From positions 1,062,882 to 1,126,881 of the forward strand of contig MU004192.1 of NCBI GenBank assembly GCA_010093605.1: DNA of 64,000 nt. The letters run 5' to 3'. Below are positions 33,273-48,200 of this stretch, piece after piece. Position 1 is the first letter of the stretch. Every line of letters begins with the position of its first letter. A program made the translations under genes and the position numbers. The notes beneath the pieces are model-generated. The model searched no databases and was not told the origin of the DNA. It saw only the letters and a list, made by a program, of their open reading frames with translations. The DNA is from Lophium mytilinum. Lineage: Eukaryota.

Positions 33273-34875
33273 GAGCTGGAAACGTGTTGCATGAGTAGTT
33301 GCTTGAGGGAGCTTGCACAACAGTAATAGAAGACGCGTCTTGGTCAGATCAGTTCAAGCCTATCTGGGATGGGATTTTGAATCATCTCGAAGCACTTGGG
33401 AGAGTTGCAAGAAGAAGAGCTTGGAAATAATCACGTGACGTGATCGTCGATGGTGGCGCCTCGCAATATTTTGAAGCCCTGGACGTCTCCCCATTGAAAC
33501 TAGTAGAGAACTCTAAAAGCCTTCAAAAGCGTGAGGGGCTTTTCTCCTCAAAAGACCGAAAGAACCACAATCGAAGCGGCCAGGCGGCATGTGCCGCCAC
33601 ATTTCCGGCCGAGATCGGCATCGCGAGATTTTCCATCGGAACATGAGACCTTCATTCACCCTTCACACTCATCTGCCAATCAGACGTCCTGCCTTGATTA
33701 CTCATCACCGCCTCCATCGCCCATCGCTGTGCCGCCTCTGAATCAGTTTAGGTTGTGCTCAGGAGGAGGACCCTTGATATTGCTGCTGACAGGGTGACGC
33801 CAGCATGTCTTTCACCTTTTCAGCTCTCTCAGACCGTCAGCAGTAGCACAAACCTCTTCTCCGGACCGGTTTGGGGACACTGCACGCAGCTCCTCCTTGT
33901 CCAGTCTGTCAGAGCTGCTATACCGACAAATTGGTGGAGTCAACGCCCCGCATACCGCTTCACCCCGGGAGTAGACGCGGATTTATATTGCCTTGCATGA
34001 TGCCGGTGTTATCGGCTCCAATCCGAAGACATCCTCGCAAATAATTGCAGAAAGTAGGTCGTAGTAGTTGGTTGTCTTCCCGCGAGAGGCTATCTCTTAC
34101 AAGGGGCCCATGGTGGGTAGTCCTGGTGATTTGTCTTTTTTCCTTTCCAGCCGGGACCGAGTTCGCTTTCCACGAACTCAACCCTGCAATATCACTACCA
34201 CATATCCTCATATCCTACGTTGTTCTCCGCGTTGCTATTTAGATTTGTGAGGCTCTCTAGAATATGCGGCCTTAGTTGACTTCCAATGCCATCGACGAGA
34301 TCGTGGGAAGACGATTGGTCAGACGAGAAGCAGCATGTCTAGTCTGGCAACGATCGTTCCGGACCACATTAGCGGGATGATACCCCAACCTTCGCCGACC
34401 TCTTCTGTGACCCATTGGCCGGCGGGAAGGCATGGAAGCATAACTGTTAGCTTGTGGGTTTGTGAGGGCGTTGGTGCTAGAGCAAGCCAGCGGGGTCTGT
34501 CCTTTTGAGTAACCTTCCTACTTCTCTCCATGCAACCGAGCTTCCGCACTGTGAGCCAGCGTACAGTACAGCCTTTGCAAAGACCAGACCACTGAGGCGA
34601 CAGTCGATTGGATAAATGGAACAAGCTAGAAGCCGGAAAGGGACGAAGCTGCTCAATGCGCTGTCGTGATACTGACCATCCCGAAAGTGGAGGGATGCGC
34701 GCTGCAGCTGATGCAGGGTCTGTTCTTATTAACCAGCGTACGCCCACGCGCCTCCCGCTAGGATGAAGACTGCCAGCTGGGGCTCTGACAATGTAGAAAG
34801 GCTAAGTAATCCCCAGATTTCTGCCACTCCTCCTCGGTCCTTGCGCCGCAACACCCTCCCCAATGCATTGCTAGC

Positions 34876-36942
34876 ATGGCAATATTTAGCAGAGTGCCCC
34901 TCTCGCGGTCGCACCTCTTCTTTGTCCTCTTCTTAGCTCTGCTGTCCCCCCAGGTTGCTCATGCGCAACTATACTCGCCTTTGGATCCAATCTTCTATTT
35001 TTGCTCTCGATGGTTCTCATCTTGTAAGCAAATGTCTGGAAAAACTGGTCAGGTTACACGAAAATAACAACATCGCAGCGGTGGTCAAAGATGGGAGTCT
35101 CTACATCAATGGCGGAGTTGAGACCTTCTATCACTCTAGAGTGACATCGGATACAATCCTCGGCATTAGTCAGTGACGTTCCGTTGTGACAATCATGAAA
35201 AACTACGGCGCTAAGAATATGTAGACACTTATCTAATTCAGGTGTCGATGGAAACATCATGGGATTGGAAAACGAATATCACCATCACAGACGAGAGCAA
35301 AAGCACTTCTAATCCGAAGACTGGAACTTATCCTCCTAGCTTAATACGTGGCACGATGTTTCACGGTCCCGCGGATTCTAAAGAAGTATATGCGTTCGGC
35401 GGTACTACTTTCATGGGCAACACGAGCTTCCTAGGATATGTCGCGCCAGATGCTAGTACCTATCCGCTATGGACGTACGCGTACGACTCATCTGACTTCC
35501 GATGGGGTCAAAACGATATCGGACAACCCTGGAAACCGAATCATGGAGCAGCGGCTGAGGCTATCGACCAAGGGTTGGGTTTCTACTTGAACGGCCAAAT
35601 CGACAAAGGAACGGACAGCTCGACGAAGAATTTCGGAAACGATAGCACCTTACCTCTTGATGGAATGTTAATAATTGACCTTGCCAATGCGACGTCGAAC
35701 AATATTTCGACCGCGGCTATCAGCGGCGATGGACCAAGAGTGGGCGGTGGGCTCCAATATATCGCGGACGTTGGAGAGAAGGGTATTTTGGTGGCCATAG
35801 GTGGCCAATTAAGTCCCCAGAACGTCTCAACAAGCACTTCCACGAATGGTCACTTAGTGAGTGGCAACAGGACCCCGTTTTCCGAGCTAGATTATGAGAA
35901 CTAACCGCCCATGTAGCTTAGCTTAGACACCGTTGATGTTTTCGACATCAGCTCATACGTTGACCACCCAGAAACTAATGGTACTTGGTACAATCAAACG
36001 ACGACTGGTGAAATCCCAGAGCCTAGGATAGATTTCTGCGTCGTTGCTGCTTCTGCACTAGATAATTCCAGCCATCACATGTGCGTAATTCCGCAGCCTA
36101 TCGTAGTCCAAGCTGACCCGAATAAAAGATATCTCTATGGCGGCCGCAACACAATAACAGGAGTTCCCTATGATGATATCTACGTCCTCTCTTTGCCAGC
36201 TTTTATATGGACAAAGATCAACTTTGGAGCTAGCCCTCGATGGGGTCACGACTGCCATGTCGTCGGCAATCGACAACTACTCACAGTGGGCGGAAACACT
36301 ACGAACGAGCAATGTGATTGGGAGATCAAGGGCGTCGCAATCCTGGACATGTCCACCATCACTTGGGGCAGTGTGTACAACGCCTTCGCGCCCGAGTATC
36401 TTGTCCCTACCCCTGTAACAAAATGGCTAGGAGGTAGTCCAAGCGGAGGAGCAACAGTCACTGCACCCGCGGGCGGATACAATTCCACAGGACTCGCACA
36501 GCTTATGGGTGTGAAAAGGGTTTGGCCTACATCCAACACATCGCAATCGGCGACACCAAAACCCCACTCTCACCACAAGAAAACCAACGTCGGCGTCATC
36601 GTCGGGCCCGTGATCGGTGGTGTCGCAGCGCTCGCGCTCCTTGCAGGTCTACTCCTCTGGTTCCGACAACGGCGACACAAGAAAGCAATGACGCCCCACG
36701 AGCTGGAAGCGGCGGAGAAGTCCGAACTTCACGAGGAACCTAAGAAGATGCCGTACGAGCTGCCCGTCGATAGCCATAAGCCGTATGAGATGGCGGAGCA
36801 GCATGGACTCGCTGAAGCACCGCGAGACACGACAACTCACGCCGTGGAATTGGATGCGACGACGATATCGGGAGACGCGAAACCGGGCGTGCCCATGTTG
36901 AGGACGCCTTCGAATGAGAATCCGCGGATTTTGAAGCGATGA
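34876..36942 (+). CDS. Type I membrane protein with extracellular kelch/galactose-oxidase-like repeats (multi-exon)
   Basis: Signal peptide (LFFVLFLALLSPQVAHA), GG dipeptide kelch motifs (YAFGG, LVAIGG, YLYGG, DDIYVLSLPAFIW), TM GVIVGPVIGGVAALALLAGLLLWF-RQRR, cytosolic ELP/ELD motifs. Confidence 0.85.
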
Positions 36943-38080
36943 GACCGTATGTGAGCCGAGACGAATTGGGATGATGTATTCATCGTGGATGAAAACACTT
37001 TGATATCCATTCTCGCACTCTCTCGCTTGTCTTTCCATTTTCATGATGAAAAAGCAATTCGGTTGCACACCTCGCCCTGCTCGGGTCTGGATCATGCAAG
37101 CAGACTAGCCCGAGTCGCAGGTGCCCAACGCGACTACTAGCCATGGAACGTTGCTCTTCCAGCCGCCGCTAGGAATGTAACACGTAGAGAAGGTTGCAAA
37201 ACTCAGAGCTGGTGACCGTCACGAGCTCCGGTCCTCGAATGAGGAGCTGAGCCACCGTATGTACACGTAGTACACGGAAGGTAACAGTAGCTCGAAAGAG
37301 CAGGAGAAGTTTCTTGTGGATACTCTACATTTTGAGATGATATCGCTAAATTGGCGAGGATGATCTAACAGCACTAAAGAGATGGAAAAGCTAGGCGACC
37401 CGGAGAAAAAGCGTCTCTATGGAATCAATTGTCTCTGTCATGCCTTGAGCTCCCAAATATACGCTAACACCCTTACCTGCGACCCGCAGTCTCTGTCGGA
37501 TCCTTGAAGACTGAAGATCTCACGGCTAGCACCGAAGTGGACAATGATAATACCGAAGGAGTGGTGCGACTTTGGTGTTGATGATACGGGTCGCCGTTGT
37601 CGTACGGACACTGACCGGTGCGTGACGCTTTTGCTGCTTTCTATATAGGTTTGTGTCAGGCGAGAGCTGCGACCTTGGGGTCGTTTAGTAAAGCTATATG
37701 GGAACTTGAGGTTGGGGCGGATGTCATATGCGGACTTATGCACGGTGGAGTCATTACGAACTGCTGTAAATTGGGTCCTCGATCATGTGACTAGCTTCTC
37801 GACCCCCCTTTCGCTCGTGTGTTCGATATGAGAGGGCACAGGCGTGCAGTTTGACAATGTGTATACCGATGAAAGCGCTCCTGGGCTATCTTAACTGTCT
37901 ACGGAGCGAATATAAAGACTTATACGTTGTAGATTAGATCATAAGCATATGGGACGTCGAACCGTACATAAATGCTCACACGTCTAAAGTTAGGGCATGT
38001 AGATGTCTGTGTTGGGAGTGTGGATACTACTGGAAGACACCCTTCGGCTAATTGGATAGGAATTCGACTTCATTTCATAT

Positions 38081-38924
<844 letters not shown>

Positions 38925-39569
38925 TTTGGGGACTGGAGGGGGAGGGATGGTGTATGAGGGTGGATGTGAGTTAGGGATTAGAAAAGCGCCTGTGAGGTGA
39001 TTTGAAGTTAAGTAGAGGAGCTTGAGTTGATAGGTACAGTTGGTGTTATGGTATAGATTAGTGGCTATGGATATATGCTACACTGTACCATTTCTCTAGG
39101 TCACCTGTGTGCATTCTATGAGTGGAGTCTGCGCGCGGAGAATGTTTTGCGGGTAGGGTTCCCCTTCGCGCTGACATGACTGGCAATTGTAACTTATGAA
39201 AGGATACGAGGGGGAGTTCTTTCGAGATGCTTTAGGAAGCTGAAGGGCTATGGAGGGGTTTGTGGGAGAGCCTCGGCTTTGAGGTGGTGTTTACGCGTTT
39301 GGGTATGTAGTTGAGAGAAACGCAGGGGCCGGCTGTGAAGCGGGAGTCGCGGAGCACCTTTCCCCAGACCTCGCATACCTAGGGCGACGTCAAAACTCGA
39401 ACAGAGGACATGAAAGGTTACCGTCCCTCGCGTAAGCCCGGGATGGTTTCATCATCTAGATATTCATTTTTTCTTTGCAAGCATACTAACCGCACCTGCG
39501 ATTTGCTGACCGACAGCTCAAGTCACCACCCTCCTACAGATCTATGTTCTAGCGCAGTCCATCTTGACT

Positions 39570-41868
39570 ATGTCCGAAGGGGCGTCGAAGCGGACAGAGA
39601 CTGAAGAGCAAGTGGAGGAGCTGGAGGATGCGTTGAACCCAATTAGGAACTATCCTAGAAAGAGAGTAGCTGTAGCTGTAAGTCGCCCTTCTTCCATCAC
39701 TCCCATTCGAGACATTGAGCTGCAACTTCGCATGCCACCATGTATCATAACTAAATTCAACCTAATCAAGTTTAGTGTGAAGTCTGCAGGGTTCGAAAGA
39801 CGCGATGCGACACCAAGCGACCTTGTGGCTTCTGCACGAGCTCTGGTCTTCAATGTGTGTATCGACCACTCAATCAACCTGAGAAGTATGTCGTCTCTAG
39901 ACTCTAAAAGCTCGACAAAGACGGCTGGGGGACCGAATGACATCGCTCTTTGAACTTGGAAATACTTTGTCTAATATTTATAGATACACCTCAGCATCAG
40001 AGATACTCAATCGTATTGAAGAGCGCCTTGTTCGATTGGAAGATAGTATCAACTCGAGCAGATCTGAGCCAGCAAGTACCCCTGCATCCATAGACGATTC
40101 TCGTTCGGCGAAGAGCAAGATAGAAGGATGGCGGTCGTACTATCAAGAGCAGCTTACTTCACCCAACTACGACAACTCCTTTCGCCAAACTACGGGAGAA
40201 GCCTACACTGCGCGGCCTTCGCTTGTCAGCTTCGCATGCCCTTATTACATCCACTTTGATAGCTGGGATGACACCTCGGAATTCTATGACGATGAGTTCA
40301 GAGCTGAAAGAGAGTTGTATCAAATTATGGACGCCCTAAGCGACCATGTTCCGCCTACGGACACTCGAACGATTTGGCGTCTGCAAAAGATCGCTATCAA
40401 GAATTTCTTTCAATGGATGCCGCTGTTGTCTGTGGAAGAATTCGTTCATCACGTCCAGGTAGCTCAGACGAGCAACTTCAAGTTACCAAACGCTTCCGCG
40501 GCTTTGAGCATGCTAGCTTTTGCTTTTGCAGAGATATCCGAAGACCGAGCTTCACAGCTTGGTACCCAGCATCAGGTATTCCTCCCCGGTGTGGAATACT
40601 TTCAGCATGGATCCAAGCTTCTTCAGGAACTCATGCCACGGGAAAGAAGAGAGATCGAGGTTCTACAATGCCGGGTTCTATATGTGTGAGTAGTCTAACG
40701 TCGGTGTTCTCAATGCTCGGTCTGGGATCTTCGCTAATACTACAACTAGATCATACCTTCAGTGTACGGCAATGCCGTTAATGGCTTGGGACACGATTAT
40801 GGAGGTATGCTGATCATGTAGATATTCTGCTATGTCCGCTAACACTGAACACAAACAGGTTGGACGAGACTGTATGAATATCTTGAGTTCTGGGTATTAC
40901 CACACGATGAGTACAGCACAACGCGAAGCTTTTCATCGAGTGTTTTGGACGTCATCAATTATCATGCAGTAAGTATTCACCTAAAACATGAGTGAATGAC
41001 GAGCTGAGTTCCCAAGCGAACTAGAATCGATATTGAAGATGAGCCCTACCGGGATGCGCCAATTTCATGAAGTCGTCCCTCTGCCACAGAGTACTACTGA
41101 AGTCGAGGGTTTTTACCATGTCTTTGCCCAAATCAGCCTGCGCAAGCTTCTTACAGAGATTTTAGACGTTGTGGGTTATCGTGGTAAGTAGGCACGCGAG
41201 CGGTTCTCTTTTCCTAGTAGCTGACAGTGAACTCAGTCGGACAAGTAATCTATGCGCCTATTGTAGCGACCGAACTCCGCAAACAAGCGCAGGAATGGTA
41301 CAGCCACCTACCTCCACCGGTTCAGTTCCCAATTAATGCAATGCCACTGTTCGAGCTTCGAAAGTCTTACCTTCGCGTACAATTCGTAGCTCTCCATGCG
41401 GTTGTTCTGTGGCCTTCAGTCTTGCAATTTTTAGAAAGCATGATGAACCAAGGGCCGGAGAAGGGCACCACAGAGAGGCTCGATAATCTACAGCGAGACA
41501 CTCGGGACTGCATCAAATCTTGCGTCTTAAATTGTGAACTAGCAGAAGAACTGTTGATGCAGAGACATCTTGGTCTGCAGTTCGCTATCTGGAGGTAAGC
41601 CTCAGCAGCGTGAGCCCTTCGGCGGTACCCTTACTAACCGAAGTTTTGCTCTAGTACATATGCAACCATGAGTATGCTCCTGGTTACTTACCGTGTACCA
41701 TGCCTCGCCCATATACCCGAGACCCGCACCGACATATACATCCGAAAAGCGTTCACTTCCCTTTCTTCGTGGGAGCATCTGCCGGTAGTGCACCGAGGGC
41801 TGGAGCGAACTAGAAGACATATGAGCAGAGTCCAGATACCTCTAGAGGATCTGATCATGCAACAATGA
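39570..41868 (+). CDS. Zn(II)2Cys6 fungal transcription factor (multi-exon)
   Basis: YPRKRVAVA|CEVCRVRKTRCDTKRPCGFCTSSGLQCVY binuclear cluster, coiled coil ILNRIEERLVRLE, fungal TF middle region. Confidence 0.92.
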
Positions 41869-42582
41869 AAGAAGTCTACGAAATGCGATCGGCTGGCTTC
41901 TACCACGCTCTTGTTAGTCAGACGTGTATTTACTAGCGCTTCTAATTGGCATGATCATCATCGACATCGAATTCTCTTGGTGTATACGAATGCACACATG
42001 ATCTCGCAATGTCTTCGAAGGGAAAGAACAATAGGACCGAGTAGCGAGAGCCTGGTGATCGGACCGCCAAGATTACGGAAAACCGCATCCGCATCGCAAC
42101 CTCTCCCCAGATTTCCCCGCAAAATCACCCCATGCGCTCGCGGACTGTCGGTAGAGATCCGATGCAAAGGATTGTGGCGCTCGTATTCAGCATGACAGGC
42201 GCTTGGAACTGACTACGTGACTCTCAGCGGCCTGGACTTCATTGATCTTGAGTCAATCTCGATCCATTCTAGACCACTCCGATCTATTCCCCGCACTACC
42301 ACGAGGAATATTTGTCCGTAGTCTCGCCAATGCGGTCCTTTTATACTTGGCCATCTGGCCTCGACCCACTGCTGGCCGTTTCCCCAGATGCGCATGAAAT
42401 TGTGAGCATGTCAGTATCGGCAGAATAGTCCCGGCTCCTCAGCACCTCCAGGTCCAGGATATATCTATGTCTGTACCTGCTGCCGATCATGCAGCAGCAT
42501 CTCCGGCCATCAAGTGTGTCTCCAAACTTGCAATTTCTTTCATTTGCCGTCACAGCTTTTACTCCAAGAGGGATCTTCAATC

Positions 42583-44618
42583 ATGGCCGACATAGCACAC
42601 GAGAAAGACACCATCACACACCATGAAGAGATACAAACAGCATCCGATAATATCAGCAACGAGGCTGGCGTTATAGGCTTTGAAGCCGAGGAGGCAACTC
42701 TCCCCAAAGGATACTTCAGGAGCAGATATTTCATCGGCTCATGGCTCGCTATCGGTCTTGGACTGATGGCGGGTACTGGAGCTTTTGGATACGCTGCTCC
42801 AATTCTTTCCGTCATCAACGCAGACCTTGGTCCTGACCCACGATATGTCTGGGTTTCGTACGTGTACAACTGTTGCCTTTCCGTTGGCTTGTGTATTTCG
42901 GGACGTATGGGTGACATCTTTGGACGTCGATACATTTTCATCGGAGGCGGTGTCCTTGCCATCATCGGTAGCGTTATGTGCGCGACAGCGCAGACAATCA
43001 ACGTTCTGATTGGCGGAAATGTGAGCTTTACCATCTCGAGGCCTGTCTCTTACTGACTCTCTCAGGTATTCCTTGGTATTGCATCAGCGACGCAACTGTC
43101 GTTCCATTTTGCAATTGGAGAACTTGTTCCGATGAAGTACCGCTACATGGCTGTGGGAGCAGTAAGGCATCCCTGCCCAGCCTTCCTTCATTTTCTAGGC
43201 GCTAACCATCTATCATAGGTATACCCCTTCAGCATCGCAGGTTCTGGTATGGGACCGGCGATATCCTTTGCTTTCGTCCACAAGCATCCCAGCGTCTCGT
43301 GGCGTGGTATCTACTGGTTTCTTCTTGCTCTGAACGTCCTAACAACGGCATGCTGGGCCCTGTTCTACTTCCCTCCGACTTTCAGTCAGAAACACAAGGG
43401 CGAGAGGGCCAGCAAACTCGAGTGGATCAAGCATTTTGACTACGTCGGTATGGTTACCTCACCCTCTCGATGTATTATGACGAGATAAACTGATAAACTT
43501 AGGTACATTCCTCTTTGCGGCATCCTTCGTCGTCTTCATCATGGGCATGTCATGGGGAGGCGGCATCTATCCGTGGAAGAGTGCCGCAGTCATCAGCGCC
43601 ATCACTCTCGGAACGCTGGGTCTTATCGCATTTGTGTTTTGGGAAATCTATGCTCCCCTCCGCGAACCCCTCATTCCTATGTATCTCTTCACCAACTTCC
43701 AGTGGACTGCCTCGGTCATCCTCCTCGGTCTTGGTGCTGGAGTTTACTACGCCTTCAGCATCGTCTGGCCTGTCCAGTGTGCCGTGCTCTACGGCAAAGC
43801 AGATGATCCCATGTACGCCGGGTATCTGTCCTGCTTGGTCGGAATGGGCTTCATCACCGGGCAAATATCCGCAGGTCTCCTGGCGAAAGCTATCGGTCAT
43901 CAGAAGTGGCAGATCCGGTTCGTCTTCCTAATCGGCGGTACATTCCTCGGATGTAAGCACCTTCCCCATCTCTCCCCTCAACAGCAGAACTAACGCATCC
44001 CAGGCGCCGCCGTCACCGAACCCGACAACAAAAACACCATAATCGCCTGCATCTACCTCGGCTGCGTCTTCATCGGCTGGAACGAATCCCTCTGCCTCGC
44101 AAACTCCACCATCCTCGTCCACAACCAGAAAGACGTCGGTGTCGCCGGCGGCACCGCAGGCACGGTCCGCGCAGGCCTCTGCGCCGTCCTCGTCGCCATC
44201 TACGTAACCGTCTTCACGAATCGCCTCACCACCACCGTATCCGAGGAAGTCCCGCCTGCGTTAATCGCTGCGGGCCTCCCCGCGACCTCCATCGCGGACT
44301 TCTTGACGGCGTTTACGACTGGCGCGACGGAGCTGCTGATGAAGGTGCCTGGCGTTACTGCGAGCGTGATTGCGGCGGGGTCCGCGAGCTATAAGCAGGC
44401 GAATGCGGATGCGTATCGGACTGTGTATTTGACTACTATCGCGTTCTCGGGGATTGCTGTGAGTTTACTTCATCACTTTCTTCTGAAGGTGGCTAACTGG
44501 TGAACAGGTTATTTTGACGTACTGGGCGCCTGATACGGAGAAGTACTTGAATAGCGGAGTTGCGGCTACGCTGCATAGGCAGGATACTACTGAGAATGAG
44601 AAGGTGGAGCAGGTTTGA
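42583..44618 (+). CDS. TRI12-like (fungal trichothecene efflux pump family) MFS transporter (multi-exon)
   Basis: LPKGYFRSRYFIGSW, GRMGDIFGRRY, GELVPMKYR, WRGIYW...FYFPPTF, WGGGIYPWKSAAVI, AYRTVYLTTIAF. Confidence 0.9.
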
Positions 44619-45239
44619 TGAATGCTTGTATACTACTTCGTCACAAATTTGTATATACTTGATTAATACTGTGTAAAGGGTCTTGATTTGTTCTTGGACC
44701 TTGAAATTCATATTGCTTGAACAATTCTATAGAAATTGCCCGGGCTAGCTACGACGGTGATTGCAGAGTGTTCACAAACGAATTGATGAGCCATCACCAC
44801 CAACTTGAGTATCACTTCAGGGCACTACGAACAGTTCCAAAAGACAGTACACCTGGCAAAGAAAAAATACATAGATATTGCGACTGTCGGACTGTCGCTG
44901 TGCAAGCTATATACCGCTGTCAGGACTTCCCCCGTTGCTACGACGCCGGCCAGTCAAGACGTAGCCTAATATTACTCACCACACAAACTTCACCCAGAAC
45001 GCTCGTCAAGACTTCAAAAGAACCAAAAAAGTTAATATTACAAAGCCACAATGGGCACCTAATGCCATGCCAATGTCTGCCGAAACCCCCGGCTCCCGCT
45101 CCCTCACCATTTTCGGATGCATCCCTCTCCAAACGAGCCTGCCTGGCTCACTGAACGAATCCCGTATGCAGCATCCCACCCCCCTAGGCAAAAAAGCCCA
45201 CAGAACTCTCTATCAAAAAGATCAATCCCCTCGATCCTA

Positions 45240-48200
45240 CTACCTAGCTGCCGCAAGCACAGCCTTATAGTACCCCATGCTCAACTCCCTGCTATGCCGC
45301 AACCACTTATCCTCCGTCAGCGGCAGCCTGAGCATCCTCGCCTTTGAACCCCGCTCCTCAGCTCCCCAGTTCGCGACCGCGCCTGCGATCTCGCCCAGCG
45401 CCACACGCTCTTCCAAGTTTCTGCCGTCGAACTGCTTGCCCGCCATCGGCTCCAAAGCGCCAGAGAGTCGGACTACAATGCTCACAGCCTCCTTGTGCAC
45501 CGCCTCGGAGTGCTTGCTCTTCTCCAGGTCCAGGAGGTGGATATAGTCGAAGTAGATCAGGCCGCCTGTGCGCCAGCCCGGGACGGGCTCGTCCTTGAAA
45601 GAAGAAGAAGCGGACGCGACGCGGAGAGTTGAGCTGCGGAGGTTGGCGGGCGGGTTGGCGGGCGAGTTAGGCGGCGAGTCGAAGTCGCCTAGAAGCTCGC
45701 GTAGAGTGTCGTAGTCGCGAGCAATGATAGCGGCGGGCGCTACCGCGCGGCAAAGGACTTCATGGGCGGTGACGAGATCGCCGGCAGCGAGGAGCTCGCG
45801 GCATTCGGTTGCGCTGTCGCCGTCGGACTTGGCTTGCAGAGCTTTGGCAGAGTGCAACCAGGCTTTTGGTATTTGCAGGTCTTTCGTGAGAGTGTTGTAG
45901 GTCGGGTCTGAGTCTACTGTGGTGAAAGAAGAAGAGAAAAAGGAAATCACGGAACGGATGTAGTGTTCCCGGTTCGCTGCGGATGACAGGTGCGTGTACA
46001 CGTAGACGGCCTTAAGCCAATGCTCCTTGGTGTAAAGTGTACTGGCGTAAGTGAGCGCGATGTTGTCTGCAAGCTCGGCGAACGGATCTGGAGCTTGGTC
46101 ACTACTAGGCGCCGAAGATGTCGAAGACATGAAAGATTTGCTGTAACCAGTTTCCGAGCGGGAGATGGGTAGTTGGCTGATGCGCAGATTTGCTGGCGCG
46201 GCATCAACACGAGCTTGAAAAAGCTGGCATAGCTGGAAGGACAGACGCGCGTTCATGGGGTTGCCAGTAGTACTCTGCGGCGAGAAGATTTCCTCGACAT
46301 TGGCAGGAACGCCTTTTTCGTACGAGGCACTGTAGAGCTTCAACAGTCCCCATAGCAAATCCTCACGCGACTCCGGGGTCGGGTCGTTCCAGCCCATGTT
46401 CAATGAGTTTTCAACAAACCACGGGACTGGCTTGACATCTTCGCGACCCTCTCGAAGGTCGTAGGCGAATTGCGTGACGGCTAGATGCAGTGGTTCGTCG
46501 GCGAGGGTTCCATACCAAAGGCGAAGTCCGAACGCACGCCGCCAATCTAGTCGGAAATGCTCGGAAATACTGAAAGTTGAGGCTTCGTTTTCCAGCCCTC
46601 CTTGGTTCCCCTGCGCTTGTTCACCATCGATCTTGGTACAGTTACCAGCGAGGAGCTCATAGATAGCGCGCAGTGGTTCTTCCATCTCAGACACAACATC
46701 CATACGCTGCCACTCCTCAAGCTGGGCTTGCATGTCTTTGCGCATCTGGAGACCACCTCCAATCTGAGCAACCATGGTAGCGAGACGGAAATCTTTTCCA
46801 CCCACCAGCGTCTGACAGGCGTCGACGACGTTGTGAGCAGTAAGATGGGCAAGGGCTTTGCCTTCGGCAGATTCGGCTTCCTGCACCTCCATTTGAGTAT
46901 CGTCGAATACGAGTGATTCCCAGAACTCGGAAAGCTTTGCTTTGCGGATACGGTGTATATGGTCTGCCTTGGTCAACCCGGGAGTCAACTTGGCGGGCAG
47001 ATCCACGTCATCAAACAGTATAGAGGCTAGTTGCCAGGCCTGCTGCTCATGACGGCCTTCCTCCGTGTCAATGGTCACAAGCTGAGCAAGAGTACTGAAG
47101 CTGAACTTCCCGCTGACGGAAGCCTTGGGAATACCGTGATCCAAGATAACCTGGGTAACATCTTTCTGCGGAACCAAGGTCTCGTAAGCAGCCTGAATTG
47201 TATTAGTATAAAGCGGAAGTAAACTATTGATGGGCACTCACATCTCGAGGGGTGGCCAGCTTGGCGAATTGGATATCCTTATGTTCGGACACAATGGGTT
47301 GCTTCGCTTTCGCAAGGATACCGCCGTCAAGGGATGGGGCATTGCCCGAGGCAGCATAGACGAGAGTTCCATCGAGGGACCATCGGGGCTTGTTGCAGGC
47401 ATAGAACTGCCGGTCGATCTTGTCCATTTTGCTGAGGTCGTGGATTGTTTTCGATCGCTTCGCGTATGGATACTAAAGAGAAAAAATACTCAGCAATCTG
47501 ATCTTGTCATTCTGTGGCTACATACATGACTGGGGGTTTGTCGTCAATTTGTTCGTTGCTCGCGCTTCAAACACCTTGTCGCTCGCTGGAAAAAGAATCA
47601 TCGCAAGAAAGAAAGAATGGGAAGTCAAACCTCAAGGCCCTCTGTAGTTCCATCCCGCTTAGCTCCTCCTACCTTGCTCGTTTCCTGACCGAACAAGGAA
47701 TTCATGAGATCGATATGGTTAGTGATCGGCTTCGCAGCTTTGAATGACTGCGTCAGTCTCGGAATGTTGTCGTCGAACTCCTTCAGAGCTGTGCCCTGGC
47801 TTTCTCTAAGGGCCTGTCGATTCTGCTTCTTCGGGCTCACAGTACGTTGGAGCTGCTCGGCCCAATCATCTTCAAAAACGAATTTCGCCCTGGCAGGAGT
47901 ACCCATTCCTGAAGGCGCTGCTTGACTAGCCTTCAAGATCGACTTGGGCTTGATCGAGCCCATGAGAGGGGTAGGTTCAATGGCGGCTGGTTGCTCCGTG
48001 GTCTGAACTGGCCCAGAGAAAGAACCCGCCATGTTCATATCCTCAGCCAGCTCCGATCCGCTCTCGTCGGTCATGTCCTCTTCCTGACCTTCCTCGAGCG
48101 AACCCACGGAGCCTTCATCTAAAAAAGACTCGGTTCCCTCATCCGCACCGTCTTCCTCATCGTACATCGTCTCCTCCCCAAAGCCACCTGGGAGAGATGC

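Noticed and set aside
33300..34870. Small ORFs upstream of the kelch gene and at 37000-38000
   Set aside because: No motifs or consistent splice structure; treated as intergenic/UTR
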